From Eledone cirrhosa (Eukaryota): a DNA stretch of 64,000 nucleotides. Position 1 is the stretch's first letter. Each line of letters starts with the position of its first letter. Under the pieces are notes generated by a model. It was not told the origin of the DNA, did no database searches, and was given only the letters and a program-made list of their open reading frames with translations. This document shows, piece after piece, positions 14,848 to 27,800 of this stretch. The DNA is taken from assembly GCA_964016885.1 (NCBI GenBank), contig OZ024764.1, forward strand, positions 17,050,001-17,114,000, written 5' to 3'. The position numbers and the translations under genes are program-made.

Positions 14848-15632
14848 AACCAGTAAGACCCCGACAGCTGAGCTCAAGCCGTTTCGACGGCTAATTCTGG
14901 ACTTAGTCCGGAATTAGCCGTCGATACGGCTTGAGCTCAGCTGTCGGGGTCTTACTGGTTCCTATTACCCACTCTACTACCTCAAGTATTGAGTACTTTG
15001 GTGCGTTATGGTCCACCTGGTTCCTTACCACATTTCCTTCGTTATATACATATATACGTAGGTCCCGGGTTGAGTCGGGGATAACCACAGTAAGTAAGGT
15101 ACTCAATACATGGCAGAGTAAAATTTTTTTATTTTATAGAAGGAGCTTCTACAGGACTAGTACTGTTTCATTCAGATGAAATCTTCAGGAAGCTGGGTGT
15201 CATATTAAGTTCTGGTATTTATACATTTAGGTAGTGGTAAGGGAGGGGTGATGGATTGTAATGGTATTTAGGTACATTGGACCACTTCATGGCACAGGCC
15301 GTTTTTTTCTTTGGGGAGTGGTCAATTAGCCAGAGTGCTTTTTGAAATAAATAAATGAATAAATGAATAGATAAATGAATAAATAAATAAAAAATAAAAA
15401 ATAAATAAATAAAAAAAAGTAATTCAACAGATATATAGTAGGGAAATTTTTTAGGTGGGTTGGTAATAGAAATTAAACATTTATCAAGACAAATCATGGC
15501 ACAGACTGGGCTGAGTGGTCAAGTTAACGTACAAGCCACAGGTGGCCAGAGTGTTTTTGTAGGATGGAAAGAATAAAATATATTTACATACTCACAACCA
15601 CATACAAAAACACTTACACACACATACATACC

Positions 15633-15687
<55 letters not shown>

Positions 15688-15718
15688 CACACCTACACAT
15701 TCACACACACATACACAC

Positions 15719-15751
<33 letters not shown>

Positions 15752-15865
15752 TATGTGTGCGTATACACATACACACACATACATATACACACACACATAC
15801 ATACAGACACATATATACATATATACACAAGAAAAACACTAACACACAAATATACACACACACAA

Positions 15866-15906
<41 letters not shown>

Positions 15907-16061
15907 GGGGTGTATCAAAATTAATCATCCAATTTTAAAAGTCTATATATATATTTAAAAAGTATAGCCCTATATATATAGAGATTACAATAATCAAAGT
16001 TCAGTTTAAGTCATTTATTTGCTTACAAATACATGTATATATGTATATATATATATATATA

Positions 16062-16092
<31 letters not shown>

Positions 16093-16692
16093 GTGTGTAT
16101 ATATGTGTATATATATATATCTATCTAAGGCGGGTAAAATTCCCGAGATCCATGGACGAGTTCTCTCCAGCGGTCTCTGTCCCTCATTATCGCTGCCATG
16201 TCCTGCATCTCCAACAGACCAGTGTCTGTCCTTAGGGCTTCAACATATGTTAACCTTGGTCTTCCTCTTCTAGTGTGTCCATGTAGGGGCTCCCAAAGGA
16301 GCACTGAGTGCAATGTCAACTCTGGATGTCGGTATATATATATATATATATATATATACACCCCTCTATATATATATATATATATATTTAGGAAGGGCAT
16401 CCAGCTGTAGAAATCAAGCCAGATCAGTTCCTGTATGAGCAAGGCATGGTCAGCCGACCAGACACTGCCCACAACAGGACAACCCGTCTAACCCATGCTA
16501 GCGTGGAAGAACGGACGTAAAACGGTGATGATGATGATGATGATGATATATACACACAAACAGAAATGTTTAGCAATGAGATGTGATTAGAAAAAAAATC
16601 AAAGAGTTCAATACTTACAGATAAATAGTTAGAATAAGTAGAGCTCCAAACAAGAAAGTTGTGCCATAGCTTCCTAAACCAAACACATCCAT
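761..16692 (-). CDS. CYP3A-like: Cytochrome P450, clan 3 (CYP3A-like); 11 coding exons in window, 3' end (PERF and heme motifs) beyond the left edge
   Basis: Exons 16692-16619, 13098-13002, 12734-12682, 10824-10728, 8808-8695, 6539-6451, 5736-5588, 5085-4952, 4496-4376, 2997-2840 and 849-761 all have GT-AG ends and join in frame (1175 nt, no stop). Motifs: N-terminal membrane anchor, LPGPEP hinge, C-helix WKYLR..LSPSFT, I-helix [10 protein letters not shown]-helix ETLR. Confidence 0.95.
1000..2470. repeat. 49-bp minisatellite (about 29 copies) amplified within a SINE
   Basis: Unit cactgtaaagtggtcatgtaggagacacagtaaaaaggctcccagtcca, running into the SINE body ..gttaggaagggcatccagctgtag. Confidence 0.95.
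2840..2997 (-). CDS. CYP3A-like exon 10 (I-helix; [53 protein letters not shown])
   Basis: GYETT I-helix motif and [10 protein letters not shown] motif. Confidence 0.96.
3545..3872 (-). mobile_element. tRNA-derived SINE
   Basis: Same element as 9484-9828, 19312-19710, 22781-23125 and 23930-24272. Confidence 0.8.
4376..4496 (-). CDS. CYP3A-like exon 9 ([40 protein letters not shown])
   Basis: H-helix LLxLML-type motif plus acidic loop; phase-1 donor. Confidence 0.87.
4617..4848. repeat. 48-bp minisatellite (about 5 copies)
   Basis: Same unit as 32803-34085. Confidence 0.9.
4952..5085 (-). CDS. CYP3A-like exon 8 ([44 protein letters not shown])
   Basis: G-helix-like; ag/gtcagt, in phase. 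Confidence 0.88.
5105..5374. repeat. AT-rich 39-bp minisatellite
   Basis: Unit ttttaatagattttactatttttaatggattttattatt. Confidence 0.9.
5588..5736 (-). CDS. CYP3A-like exon 7 ([49 protein letters not shown])
   Basis: E-helix YTxDVIxxxxFG motif; 149 nt. Confidence 0.93.
6451..6539 (-). CDS. CYP3A-like exon 6 ([30 protein letters not shown])
   Basis: 89 nt, ag/gtatgt, in phase with neighbours. Confidence 0.88.
6575..7040 (+). mobile_element. RTE-clade LINE 3' fragment
   Basis: [12 protein letters not shown]...[14 protein letters not shown] motif. Confidence 0.8.
7515..8665 (+). mobile_element. RTE-clade LINE 3' fragment with an internal 80-bp tandem array (about 11 copies)
   Basis: RLRWYGHV segment repeated with period 80, then [14 protein letters not shown] and a (GAT)n tail. 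Confidence 0.85.
8695..8808 (-). CDS. CYP3A-like exon 5 ([38 protein letters not shown])
   Basis: C-helix WxxxR and LSPxFT; 114 nt; ag/gtaagt. Confidence 0.93.
9380..9444 (-). ncRNA. Minimal type-I hammerhead ribozyme motif (Penelope-like element end)
   Basis: tattttat-CTGATGA-aagcacacca..tggtgtcctt-GAAA-t(atgt)a-TA-atgaaata: 8-bp stem I, 9 of 10 pairs in stem II, AUA triplet. Confidence 0.65.
9484..9828 (+). mobile_element. tRNA-derived SINE
   Basis: A-box TGGCTTAGTGG, B-box GAGTTCAATTC, body ccttgagcaagacactttatttcac, LINE-like tail ending in (GAT)n. Confidence 0.85.
10728..10824 (-). CDS. CYP3A-like exon 4 ([32 protein letters not shown])
   Basis: P450 [16 protein letters not shown] motif; donor gtaagt. 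Confidence 0.92.
10976..12620. repeat. 65-bp minisatellite (about 25 copies) in CYP intron 3
   Basis: Unit gagagatcacagctctgatactacagacatgtggttagaatgtctcaggaaagaatctctggatt. Confidence 0.95.
12682..12734 (-). CDS. CYP3A-like exon 3 ([18 protein letters not shown])
   Basis: KKYGxxFG motif; 53 nt; ag/gt ends. Confidence 0.9.
13002..13098 (-). CDS. CYP3A-like exon 2 ([32 protein letters not shown])
   Basis: Pro-rich hinge; ag/gt ends in phase. Confidence 0.9.
13680..13753 (+). ncRNA. Minimal type-I hammerhead ribozyme motif
   Basis: tcac-CTGATGA-aat..(long stem II)..att-GAAA-c(atgt)G-TC-gtga; GUC triplet ends at 13749. Confidence 0.6.
14705..14765 (+). ncRNA. Minimal type-I hammerhead ribozyme motif
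   Basis: tattttat-CTGATGA-gagcgtaccaa..ttggtaccctt-GAAA-t(atat)a-TA-atagaata; palindromic loop 3. Confidence 0.65.
16125..16332 (-). mobile_element. RTE/RTEX-like LINE 3' fragment
   Basis: [29 protein letters not shown]...[11 protein letters not shown]. Confidence 0.8.
16619..16692 (-). CDS. CYP3A-like exon 1 ([25 protein letters not shown])
   Basis: ATG, hydrophobic anchor, phase-2 donor gtaagt. Confidence 0.85.
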
Positions 16693-17066
16693 CTTTAATC
16701 CACTAACCCTTTAATAGTTTAATCCTAGATTTCTGGCTTTCTGTGGTTTTGTTGTTCTCAGCTGCAAGTTCTGTACTGTTAAAAGATTGTTTATCTCTCT
16801 TTCTCTCCCCCTCTCTTTCTATATGTTTTATTCTCCCCCCCCCCTCTCTGTATGTATTGTTCTCTCCCCCTCTCTTTCTGTACGTCTTATTCTCTCTCTC
16901 TCCCCCTCTCTCTGTCTCTGTATGTTCTATTCTCTTTCCCTCTCTCCTTAGGTCTTTCGCTCTCTCTCTCTCTCTCTCTCTCTCTGTATGTCTGATTCTC
17001 CCCCCCCCCCTCTATCCATGTGTGGTGTGTAGTGTTTTTATTGTTGGGGAAGAAAAGAAAGACTGT

Positions 17067-17124
<58 letters not shown>

Positions 17125-17150
17125 CATACATATATATATATAGTATCTTA

Positions 17151-17205
<55 letters not shown>

Positions 17206-17226
17206 CATACATATATATATTATATA

Positions 17227-17266
<40 letters not shown>

Positions 17267-17319
17267 TACATATTATATATATATATATATACATACGTAT
17301 ATATATATATATATAGATA

Positions 17320-17369
<50 letters not shown>

Positions 17370-17683
17370 CATACACATATATATATATACACACACACAC
17401 ACACGTACATGCATACACCTACATATACACATATACACACATGCACACATATACATATATATATATATATATTTAGAAACACACAGATACATGCGGACAC
17501 ACACATATACATGCGGACACACACATATACATGAATGCATCCGCACCCAACCGTGAGTTAAGGGTGCCAACTTCACCGATGTTGCTCAATGAATGACTGG
17601 GACAGACCAATCCGGTTGAACCAGACTGAACCAGTATATATATATATATATATATATATACATAAAAATATATACACATATAT

Positions 17684-17717
<34 letters not shown>

Positions 17718-17759
17718 CCAGGCCGAAACAAATGAGATCGTGTAGGTGTCACGACAAAA

Positions 17760-18665
17760 AACACACAGTCCACGCTGTAATGTGGTCGTGTAGGCAACAC
17801 GGTAAAAACCTCCCAGCCCCACACTGTAAATGTGGTTGGTGTTAGGAAGGGCATCCAGCCGTAGAAAACCCACCAGACAGTCCACGCTGTAATGTGGCCG
17901 TGTAGGCAACACGGTAAAAACCTCCCAGCCCCACACTGTAAATGTGGTTGGTGTTAGGAAGGGCATCCAGCCGTAGAAAACCCACCAGACAGTCCACGCT
18001 GTAATGTGGCCGTGTAGGCAACACGGTAAAAACCTCCCAGCCCCACACTGTAAATGTGGTTGGTGTTAGGAAGGGCATCCAGCCGTAGAAAACCCACCAG
18101 ACAGTCCACGCTGTAATGTGGCCGTGTAGGCAACACGGTAAAAACCTCCCAGCCCCACACTGTAAATGTGGTTGGTGTTAGGAAGGGCATCCAGCCGTAG
18201 AAAACCCACCAGACAGTCCACGCTGTAATGTGGCCGTGTAGGCAACACGGTAAAAACCTCCCAGCCCCACACTGTAAATGTGGTTGGTGTTAGGAAGGGC
18301 ATCCAGCCGTAGAAAACCCACCAGACAGTCCACGCTGTAATGTGGCCGTGTAGGCAACACGGTAAAAACCTCCCAGCCCCACACTGTAAATGTGGTTGGT
18401 GTTAGGAAGGGCATCCAGCCGTAGAAAACCCACCAGACAGTCCACGCTGTAATGTGGCCGTGTAGGCAACACGGTAAAAACCTCCCAGCCCCACACTGTA
18501 AATGTGGTTGGTGTTAGGAAGGGCATCCAGCTGTAGAAAACCCGCCAGACAGTCCACGCTGTAATGTGGTCGTGTAGGCAACACGGTAACAACCTCCCAG
18601 CCCCACACTGTAAATGTGGTTGGTGTTAGGAAGGGCATCCAACTGTAGAAAACCCGCCAGACAGT
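17760..18665. repeat. 112-bp tandem array (about 8 copies) inside a SINE
   Basis: Identical 78-aa ORFs offset by 112 nt; the unit contains the SINE body. Confidence 0.95.
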
Positions 18666-19228
18666 CCTATGCGAGCAAGACAATCACTCTTGCCTCAAGT
18701 GGGAAAACCCCCGTCCAAACCCATGCAAGCGTGGAACACGGACGCTAAACCTGATGATGATGATGATGATGATATATATATATATATATATGTATACATA
18801 TATACACATACATACATACATACATACACATATACATATATATATACACAAACTGTAGAGTGCTTCTTATCCGATATCTGCATTGCTTTATTGTACTACA
18901 ATAAAACTCACCTCCTACATATATACATATATATATAAAGAGAGACTGAGGAGGTGATTCAGTATATTTCCTTTTTGTCTGCCTGTCCCACTGCGCCATT
19001 TTCCTCTAACCCCCCCCCCCCTCACTAGTTATGTTACTACTAAAAAAAAAACTTTCAACTGAATGAATTCTTTTCCCATGGAAGGTTTTAATGACACACA
19101 AAGATAAGAAACTACCACTACCACCACCACCACTACCACCACCACCACCACCACTACTACTACTACTAATAACAGACATATATATATATATATGCATACA
19201 TATATACACATATATACACATTTACATG

Positions 19229-19300
<72 letters not shown>

Positions 19301-19311
19301 AAAAGAGGCCC

Positions 19312-19710
19312 ATGGAAGCACATGGCTTAGTGGTTAGAGCATTGGCCTTGCAATCGAAAGGTTGTGAGTTCAATTCTCAGACCGGGTGATGTGTTGTTTC
19401 CTTGAGCAAGACACTTTATTTCACATTCCTCCAGTTTACTCAGCTGTAGAAATGAGATGATAGGGACTGGGGTCCCTATCATTCCACTGCAAAGTGGTCG
19501 TGGAGGTGCCACGGTAAAAAAACACCCAGCACTCACTGTAAATGAGGTTGGTGTTAGGAAGGGCATCCAGCTGTAGATATCAAGCCAGAATCAGTTCCTG
19601 TATGAGTAAGACAAGGTCAGCTGACCGGACACTGCCCACAACAGGACAACCAGTCTAACCCATGCTAGCGTGGAAGAACGGACGTAAAACGGTGATGATG
19701 ATGATGATGA
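19312..19710 (+). mobile_element. tRNA-derived SINE
   Basis: Near-identical head and body to 9484-9828. Confidence 0.85.
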
Positions 19711-19960
19711 TACACACAGATATATATACATACAAATATATTATATATATATACACATACACATATTATATATAAACATACATATATAATATATATACAT
19801 ATATACATACACACACACACATATATATATACATACACATATATATTATACATACACATACATATATATATATATACATATACACATAATATATATATCT
19901 ATACATTCACATATATACATATAAATATATACATATATATATATACACATATATACATAC

Positions 19961-19993
<33 letters not shown>

Positions 19994-20127
19994 TATATAT
20001 ATATACACACACACACACATATATATATATATACACACATATATATACATACTTATATATTATATATATATACACATATATACATACATATATATATATA
20101 TATACACACACATATCTCTATATATAT

Positions 20128-20160
<33 letters not shown>

Positions 20161-20396
20161 TATATATACACACACACACATATATATATATACACACATA
20201 CACACATATATATACATACATATATATTATATATATATACACACATGTATATTATATATATATATATACATACATATATATATACATACATATACATATA
20301 TATACTACATACATATATATATATATATACACACATACACACATATATATACATACATATATATTATATATATATACTCACATGTATATTATATAT

Positions 20397-20700
20397 GGTG
20401 GCTGCCAACTCGTTTTCGAGTACGGCCACTACTTTATATCCATGTAGGAGAACCCCTACCGATGCGCTGAACGACTGTGACTTTTTAGTCCAGCCAGCGA
20501 CTTGAAAACTCTGGTACAAAGACTACACTTGTGACAATTATTGACACATAGTGCTGGGCCCATGGTACCATGTGACGACAAGTGCAGAGAGATCTCCAGA
20601 TATAAAGCAATGCCTGTGCCGTGAAGCTTTTATAGTGAGCAAAGGCACTGCACAAAGCCAGTCCCACTCTCTTAACCAAGATGATATTTACCAAAAAGAA
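20397..20700 (-). mobile_element. RTE LINE 3' end with C-terminal zinc-finger-like motif
   Basis: Minus-strand frame reads [23 protein letters not shown]. Confidence 0.55.
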
Positions 20701-21123
20701 GAACAAGTCAACATCATTGGATACCATCAGGGTTGCAGGTGTTATATCAGAGTTTTCCTTCTCCTAGAATTCTGCCTTGACAAAGGCTAAGGGGTCATCT
20801 CTCCCGGTGATTTTGGATGGCCATTGACTCTTAAGAGCTCCTTTGCCCTTTGACAGGTTTTGTTTTTAGTCCTGCAGGATGTCCAAAGTCACCCTCCTCA
20901 CCAAGAAACCTTGGTGGGGTTGCCAGTTTAGTCGCCAACGACCCGACCATGACACATATATATATATATGTATGTATATATATATTATATATATATATAT
21001 ATATACATACATATATATATATACATACATATACATATATACTACATACATATATATATATATATATACACACATACACACATATATATACATACATATA
21101 TATTATATATATATACACACATG

Positions 21124-21154
<31 letters not shown>

Positions 21155-21440
21155 CATACATATACATATATACTACATACATATATATATATAGTACATA
21201 TATATATATAAAGTAATGGTGAAGTTATCTCCCATACTTTTATCTGGTTGCCACTAAAATGTTCTGGAATACACAACACTTGCTTTATTCATTGCTATCT
21301 CTAGCACGATGTGTGCCTGTGTGTGTGTCTGTCTATCTATCTGTCTGTGTGTGTATGTGTGTGTGTCTGTCTGTCTGTCTATCTGTGTCTGTCTGTGTGT
21401 CTGTGTGTTGGTATGTCTGTCTGTCTATCTATCTGTGTGT

Positions 21441-22300
21441 GGGCCTTCTCTCTATATCAGCCTGTAGGTTGAGGAAAAGGAGGAGGAGAGGAAAGGAGTA
21501 CAAGCTCTTCGTACTCCTGGAGATGAGGGTTGCACATTTTTTTTCGGGGGTATGTGGTACCCATATAAACTGTCTCCCTCTATTGGGGAAAATCGACTAA
21601 CTTTTAAATTCCATCTGTGATAACATTTTACACGTTTTTATTGTATGTAAACTTCCCCCTTTGTATTTGTCCCCTTCTTTTGTGCCCCTGTGGCTAATAA
21701 AGAAATATATCTATCTGTGTGTGTCTGTCTGTCTATCTATCTGTGTGTGTCTATTGTAATGATCAAGCCGCCTCCCCCCTTCAAAGATGAAGCAGAGGCG
21801 GTGTTTCTGTGCGTAATAGCCATGGCGAAAGAGGTTGTATGGTGGACGCGTCTGAAAGGACTGAGGTCAGGCACCTTTCTCTCTGGCCAACAACTGGTCT
21901 GTTTCTTCCGATATCATTTCGGAAGAAGGATCAGGATGGAGAGAGAGGTGCTGCACCCCAGTCGTTTTTATGAAAGGTGGGTGAAAGTGGCGAGAATGGC
22001 CCGTGTGAATGGGCCTTCTCTTTACATAAGCCTGTAGGTGGAAAAGAGGAAGGAACGAGGGAGCACCCCCTCTCTGTGCTCCTGAGGAAAAGGGTTGTAC
22101 ACTTTTTTCGGGGGTGTGTGCGACCCCCCAAGGCGCCTCCTCTCTATTGAGGATTTTGTTATAAATTTTATTTTTTGTTATATTTTATTTTATTTTTATA
22201 TTTTGTTATTGCCTCCTCCTTATTGAGGACGCCTTGTTTTGTAAACTCCCCCCTTTGTACTTGTCCCACTTTTGATGCCCTGGTGGCAAATAAAAGAAAC
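21441..22300 (+). mobile_element. Two truncated Tx1/L1-like LINE 3' ends
   Basis: KEVVWWTRLKGL...FFRYHFGRRIRMER...[19 protein letters not shown], homologous to 55243-55960; both end ..AATAAA(A)GAAA in (TATC)n. Confidence 0.75.
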
Positions 22301-22780
22301 ATATCTATCTGTGTGTGTCTGTGTGTGTGTGTGTCTGTCTGTCTATCTATCTGTGTGTGTCTGTGTGTGTGTGTGTCTGTCTGTCTATCTGTGTGTGTCT
22401 GTGTGTGTGTCTGTCTATATGTCTGTGTGTTGGTATGTCTGTCTGTCTATCTATCTGTGTGTGTCTGTGTGTGTGTGTGTGTGTCTGTCTGTCTATCTAT
22501 CTGTGTGTGTCTGTCTGTCTGTCTATATGTCTGTGTGTATGTGTCTGTGTGTGTGTGTCTGTCTGTCTATCTATCTGTGTATGTCTGTGTGTGTGTGTGT
22601 GTGTGTCTGTCTATCTATCTCTCTCTGTCTATATGTGTGTATGTATCTGTCTATATGTGTGTGAATCTGTCTATATATGTATGTGTATCTGTGTCTATGT
22701 GTGTGTATCTGTCTATATATGTGTGTATATGTGTGTGTGTATATGTCTATATATGTGTGTGTATATATATATATATATAT

Positions 22781-23125
22781 GGAGGCACATGGCTTAGTGG
22801 TTAGAGCATTGGCCTTGCAATCGAAGGGTTGTGAGTTCAATTCTCAGACCGGGTGATGTGTTGTTTCCTTGAGCAAGACACTTTATTTCACATTGCTCCA
22901 GTTTACTCAGCTGTAGAAATGAGATGATAGGGACTGGGGTCCTTATCATTCCACTGCAAAGTGGTCGTGGAGGTGCCACGGCAAAAAAGCACCCAGCACT
23001 CACTGTAAATGAGGTTGGTGTTAGGAAGGGCATCCAGCTGTAGAAATCAAGCCAGAATCAGTTCCCGTCCCACCCTTGCAAGCAGGGAAAAGCGGACGTA
23101 AAAATGATGATGATGATGATGATGA
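22781..23125 (+). mobile_element. tRNA-derived SINE
   Basis: Near-identical to 9484-9828. Confidence 0.85.
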
Positions 23126-23284
23126 TAACACCGTATTTAAAATTGAGTGGCACAGTTTCAAATGTTCAGTAATTTTTAGACAACTTAATCAGTGAAACAA
23201 TTGTTAAACTGTAAATAAACCCCTTTTTGTACTGTTGACCCTGTTATTCTTCACTCTTTCTACACACATATATATATATATTTA

Positions 23285-23320
<36 letters not shown>

Positions 23321-23929
23321 GCTTTCTTTATTAACCACAAGGGTTTACATAAAGTAGACATTAAGGACAGTACAGGACGGTACAAAAGGGCATTTCTGCG
23401 TGTAAAAACACAAAAAACAGAGGATGTAATAATAGAACAATGAAAAAATTCCCCAATAGCGGGGAGACTTCCGAGGGACATCGTGGAGAAAGCCCATTAA
23501 AAAGCCACAGTGACCCTGACCACCAGGGCAAGTGCCCTCTCGCAGTTTTCCACCTTTAATTTACAGACACATACTCAGAGTAGGCCCATTCAATGATTTC
23601 TTTATTGGCCACAAGGGCTGACATCAAGAAAAACATTACAGACGGTACATGACGGTATGATGTGGGTTTTGTGCGTGTACAGATTTTTATTATTTATATA
23701 AGAAACGAAAAAGAAAAAAGACAGAAACATATATATATATATAAACAAATAATAATAATAATAATAATTGTTTCTACTTTTGGCACAAGGCCAGCAATTA
23801 CCCAGTGTATTACTGGTACTTTATTTTATCGACCCCATAAGGATGAAAGGCAGACCATAAAGGGCCGTAACTCTTTGCTTGCAAAGCATGGCGTCCGACC
23901 CTCTACCGATACTGCCAATCCACCGCAAT

Positions 23930-24271
23930 CATCATCATCATCATCATCATTTTACGTCCACTTTTCCCTGCTTGCAAAGGTGGGACGGGAACTGATTCTG
24001 GCTTGATTTCTACAGCTGGATGCCCTTCCTAACACCAACCTCATTTACAGTGTGGGCTGGGTGCTTTGTTGCCATGGCACCTCCACGACCACTTTGCAGT
24101 GGAATGATAGGGACCCCAGTCCTATCATCTCATTTCTACAGCTGAGTAAACTGGAGCAATGTGAAATAAAGTGTCTTGCTCAAGGAAACAACACATCACC
24201 CGGTCCGAGAATTGAACTCACAACCTTTCGATTGCAAGGCCAATGCTCTAACCACTAAGCCATGTGCCTCC

Positions 24272-24272
<1 letters not shown>
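23930..24272 (-). mobile_element. tRNA-derived SINE
   Basis: Inverted copy of 22781-23125. Confidence 0.85.
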
Positions 24273-24316
<44 letters not shown>

Positions 24317-24630
24317 TTTTCTTTATTAACCACAAGGGTTTACATAAAGTAGACATTAAGGACAGTACAGGACAATACAGGACGGTACAAATGGGCATTT
24401 CTGCGTGTAAAAAAAACAGAGGATGAAATAAAATAACAAAGAAAAATTCCCCAATAGGGGGGAGACTTCTGAGGGACATTTGTGGAGAAAGCCCATTAAT
24501 AAAAATAATGAACCCTCCGATACGTCCTGAATATCTGAGGCTGCAGGTAGTGGCTTGATATTCATTCCAACGGACTTTCCGGTTAACTAACATCAATGAC
24601 TGAGACTCAAGGAATAATAATAATAATAAT

Positions 24631-24687
<57 letters not shown>

Positions 24688-24779
24688 ATGGAAAAATGTA
24701 TTATTAGTAGAGATTAATTGAGTGGTTAAGAAGACAACAAACAAGGGTGAAAACACAACTTGTTTGCTTTAACTTTTGA

Positions 24780-25332
24780 TGAGGGCAAGCAATGTCTGTT
24801 TGTGTGCGTGTTTGTGGATTTGTTTGTCAACCTAAAACTCAAAAACTACCAAACCGATCTTGATGAAACTTGACACATGTGTGGGGCTCATACCCATTTG
24901 ATTTCTTACGTATATTTCATTTTAATCAAATTGATTCCCAGGGGTTCAAACCCACACTGAACATTTTTTTCCTTCGATTTATATGAAATTTAAACCATAG
25001 GTAAATGACAAGATATGATGCCTATTCACAAAATTTCAGCAAATTTCAATAATATTAAGACACCCTAATGGGGGTTAAACTCCCTATAGTGAGAACTTTG
25101 GAAGCCCATAACTTGAGTATTAGACTCTCTATTATCACAAGGGTTTTTCTATTAATTAAACGTAAAAAAACAAAAAAATCACCTCTTTTATAGTAAAATT
25201 TGGCTAATTTAGACATTTTATCTGTGGCACAACATCACTAGAATTATGACAACAAAAATTATCAACAAAAATCATCATTTTCTTACAAAAAAAATGTGTG
25301 AAACGCAGCAAGGCACGGGTAATTCATCTAGT
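24780..25332 (+). mobile_element. Probable non-autonomous Helitron-like element
   Basis: (TGTT/TGTC)-rich 5' part, aaccgatcttgatgaaactt motif, GC-rich subterminal segment then CTAG|T at the 3' end; similar 3' end at 57931-57960. Confidence 0.45.
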
Positions 25333-25404
25333 ATATATATATATATATATACCTATATGTATGTGTGTGTGTATATATATATATATATATACTATATACC
25401 TATA

Positions 25405-25435
<31 letters not shown>

Positions 25436-25446
25436 GCCTATATGTA

Positions 25447-25478
<32 letters not shown>

Positions 25479-25731
25479 CTATATACCTATATGTGTGTGT
25501 GTATATATATATATATACTATATACCTATATGTGTGTGTGTGTATATATATATATATACTATATACCTATATGTGTGTGTGTATATATATATATATACTA
25601 TATACCTATATGTGTGTGTGTGTATATATATATATACTATATACCTATATGTGTGTGTGTATATATATATATATATACTATTTACCTATATGTGTGTGTG
25701 TATATATATATATATATACTATATACCTATA

Positions 25732-25778
<47 letters not shown>

Positions 25779-25798
25779 TATATACCTATATGTGTGTG

Positions 25799-25835
<37 letters not shown>

Positions 25836-25855
25836 TATATACCTATATGTGTGTG

Positions 25856-25905
<50 letters not shown>

Positions 25906-27329
25906 TACTATATATATATAGTGAGACACGGTCATCTGACCAATCTTGCCTCAAGTGGGACAACTCCCGTCTAACCCATGCTAGCATGGAAGATAGACGT
26001 TAAACAATGATGATGATGATGATAATACATATATATAGAGAGAGCGCCCAATACACTCTGTAAAGTGGTAGTGCTGGTGACATGACAAAATGCACCCAGT
26101 ACACTCTGTAACGTGTTTGTTGCTTTACAGAAACCTGACAGTACTTGTCTCATTGAGACAGAGAATTTGATCAACAATCTTTTGTCGTTCTTACATTTAT
26201 TGATTTCCCATTGATCTCTCGCATCAATATTTGATCAACATTGGTAAATTTACACTTCATCCATACCTATTATTATTATATATGTGTATGTGTGTGTATG
26301 TATGTGAGTGTATGTAAGTGTGTGTGTGTGTATGTGTGTGTGTATGTATGTGTGTGTGTATGTGTGTGTGTATGTGTGTATGTATGTGTGTATGTATGTG
26401 TGTGTATGTGTGTATGTGTGTATGTATATGTGTGTATGTATGTATGTGTGTGTGTGTATGTGTGTATGTATGTGAGTGTGTATATATGTGTATGTGAGTG
26501 TGTGTGTATGTGAGTATGTGTGTATGTGTGTGTATGTGTGTGTGAGTGTGTGTGTGTGAGTGTGTGTGTATGTATGTGTGTGTATGTATGTGTGTGTGTA
26601 TGTATGTGTGTATGTATGTATGTGTGTGTGTATGTATGTGTGTATGTGTGTATGTATGTGTGTGTATGTATGTGAGTGTGTATATATGTGTATGTGACTG
26701 TGTGTGTATGTATGTAAGTGTGTGTATGTGTGTATATGAGTGTGTGTGTATGTGAGTGTGTGTGTGTGTGTATGTGTGCGTGTATGTGTGTGTATGTATG
26801 TGAGTGTGTATATATGTGTATGTGAGTGTGAGTGTGTGTGTATGTGTGTGTGTGTGTGTATGTACGTGTGTGTGTATGTATGTATGTAAGTGTGTGTGTA
26901 TGTATATGTGTGTGTATGTATGTAAGTGTGTGTATGTGAGTGTGTGTGTATGTGAGTGTGTGTGTATGTGAGTGTGTGTATGTGTGTATGTGAGTGTGTG
27001 TGTATGTGAGTGTGTGTGTATGTGAGTGTGTGTATGTGTGTATGTGAGTGTGTGTGTATGTGAGTGTGTGTGTATGTGAGTGTGTGTATGTGTGTATGTG
27101 AGTGTGTGTATGTGAGTGTGTGTGTATGTGTGTGTGTGTGTATGTGAGTGTATTATCAACTGATATCTATGAATGCTGGTCAAGTATTTGTCTGAGAAAT
27201 CAATAAGAAATCAATAAGAAATCAATAAATTTAAGAATGTCAATAGATCATCTTTCAAATTCCCTGTATCAATAAGACAAGTACTGTCAGGTTTCTGTAG
27301 TTTTGATTAATCGGTAGAGCAACAAACAC

Positions 27330-27800
27330 CTTACAGAGTGTACTGGGTGTATTATACCATGACACCAACACTACCACCTTACAGAGTGTACTGGGTGTAT
27401 TATACCATGACACCAACACTACCACCTTACAGAGTGTACTGGGTGTATTTTATGTCACCAATACTACCACTTTACAGAGTGTACTGGGTGTATTATATCA
27501 TGTCACCAACACTACCACCTTACAGAGTGTACTGGGTGTATTATACCATGACACCAACACTACCACTTTACAGAGTGTACTGGGTGTATTTTATGTCACC
27601 AACACTACCACTTTACAGAGTGTACTGGGTGTATTTTATGTCACCAACACTACCACCTTACAGAGTGTACTGGGTGTATTATACCATGACACCAACACTA
27701 CCACTTTACAGAGTGTACTGGGTGTATTATACCATGACACCAACACTACCACTTTACAGAGTGTACTGGGTACTTTTTGTCGTGTCACCAACACTACCAT
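27330..27800. repeat. 48/51-bp minisatellite related to the SINE-internal unit
   Basis: Unit ttacagagtgtactgggtgtattataccatgacaccaacactaccacc/t. Confidence 0.9.
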
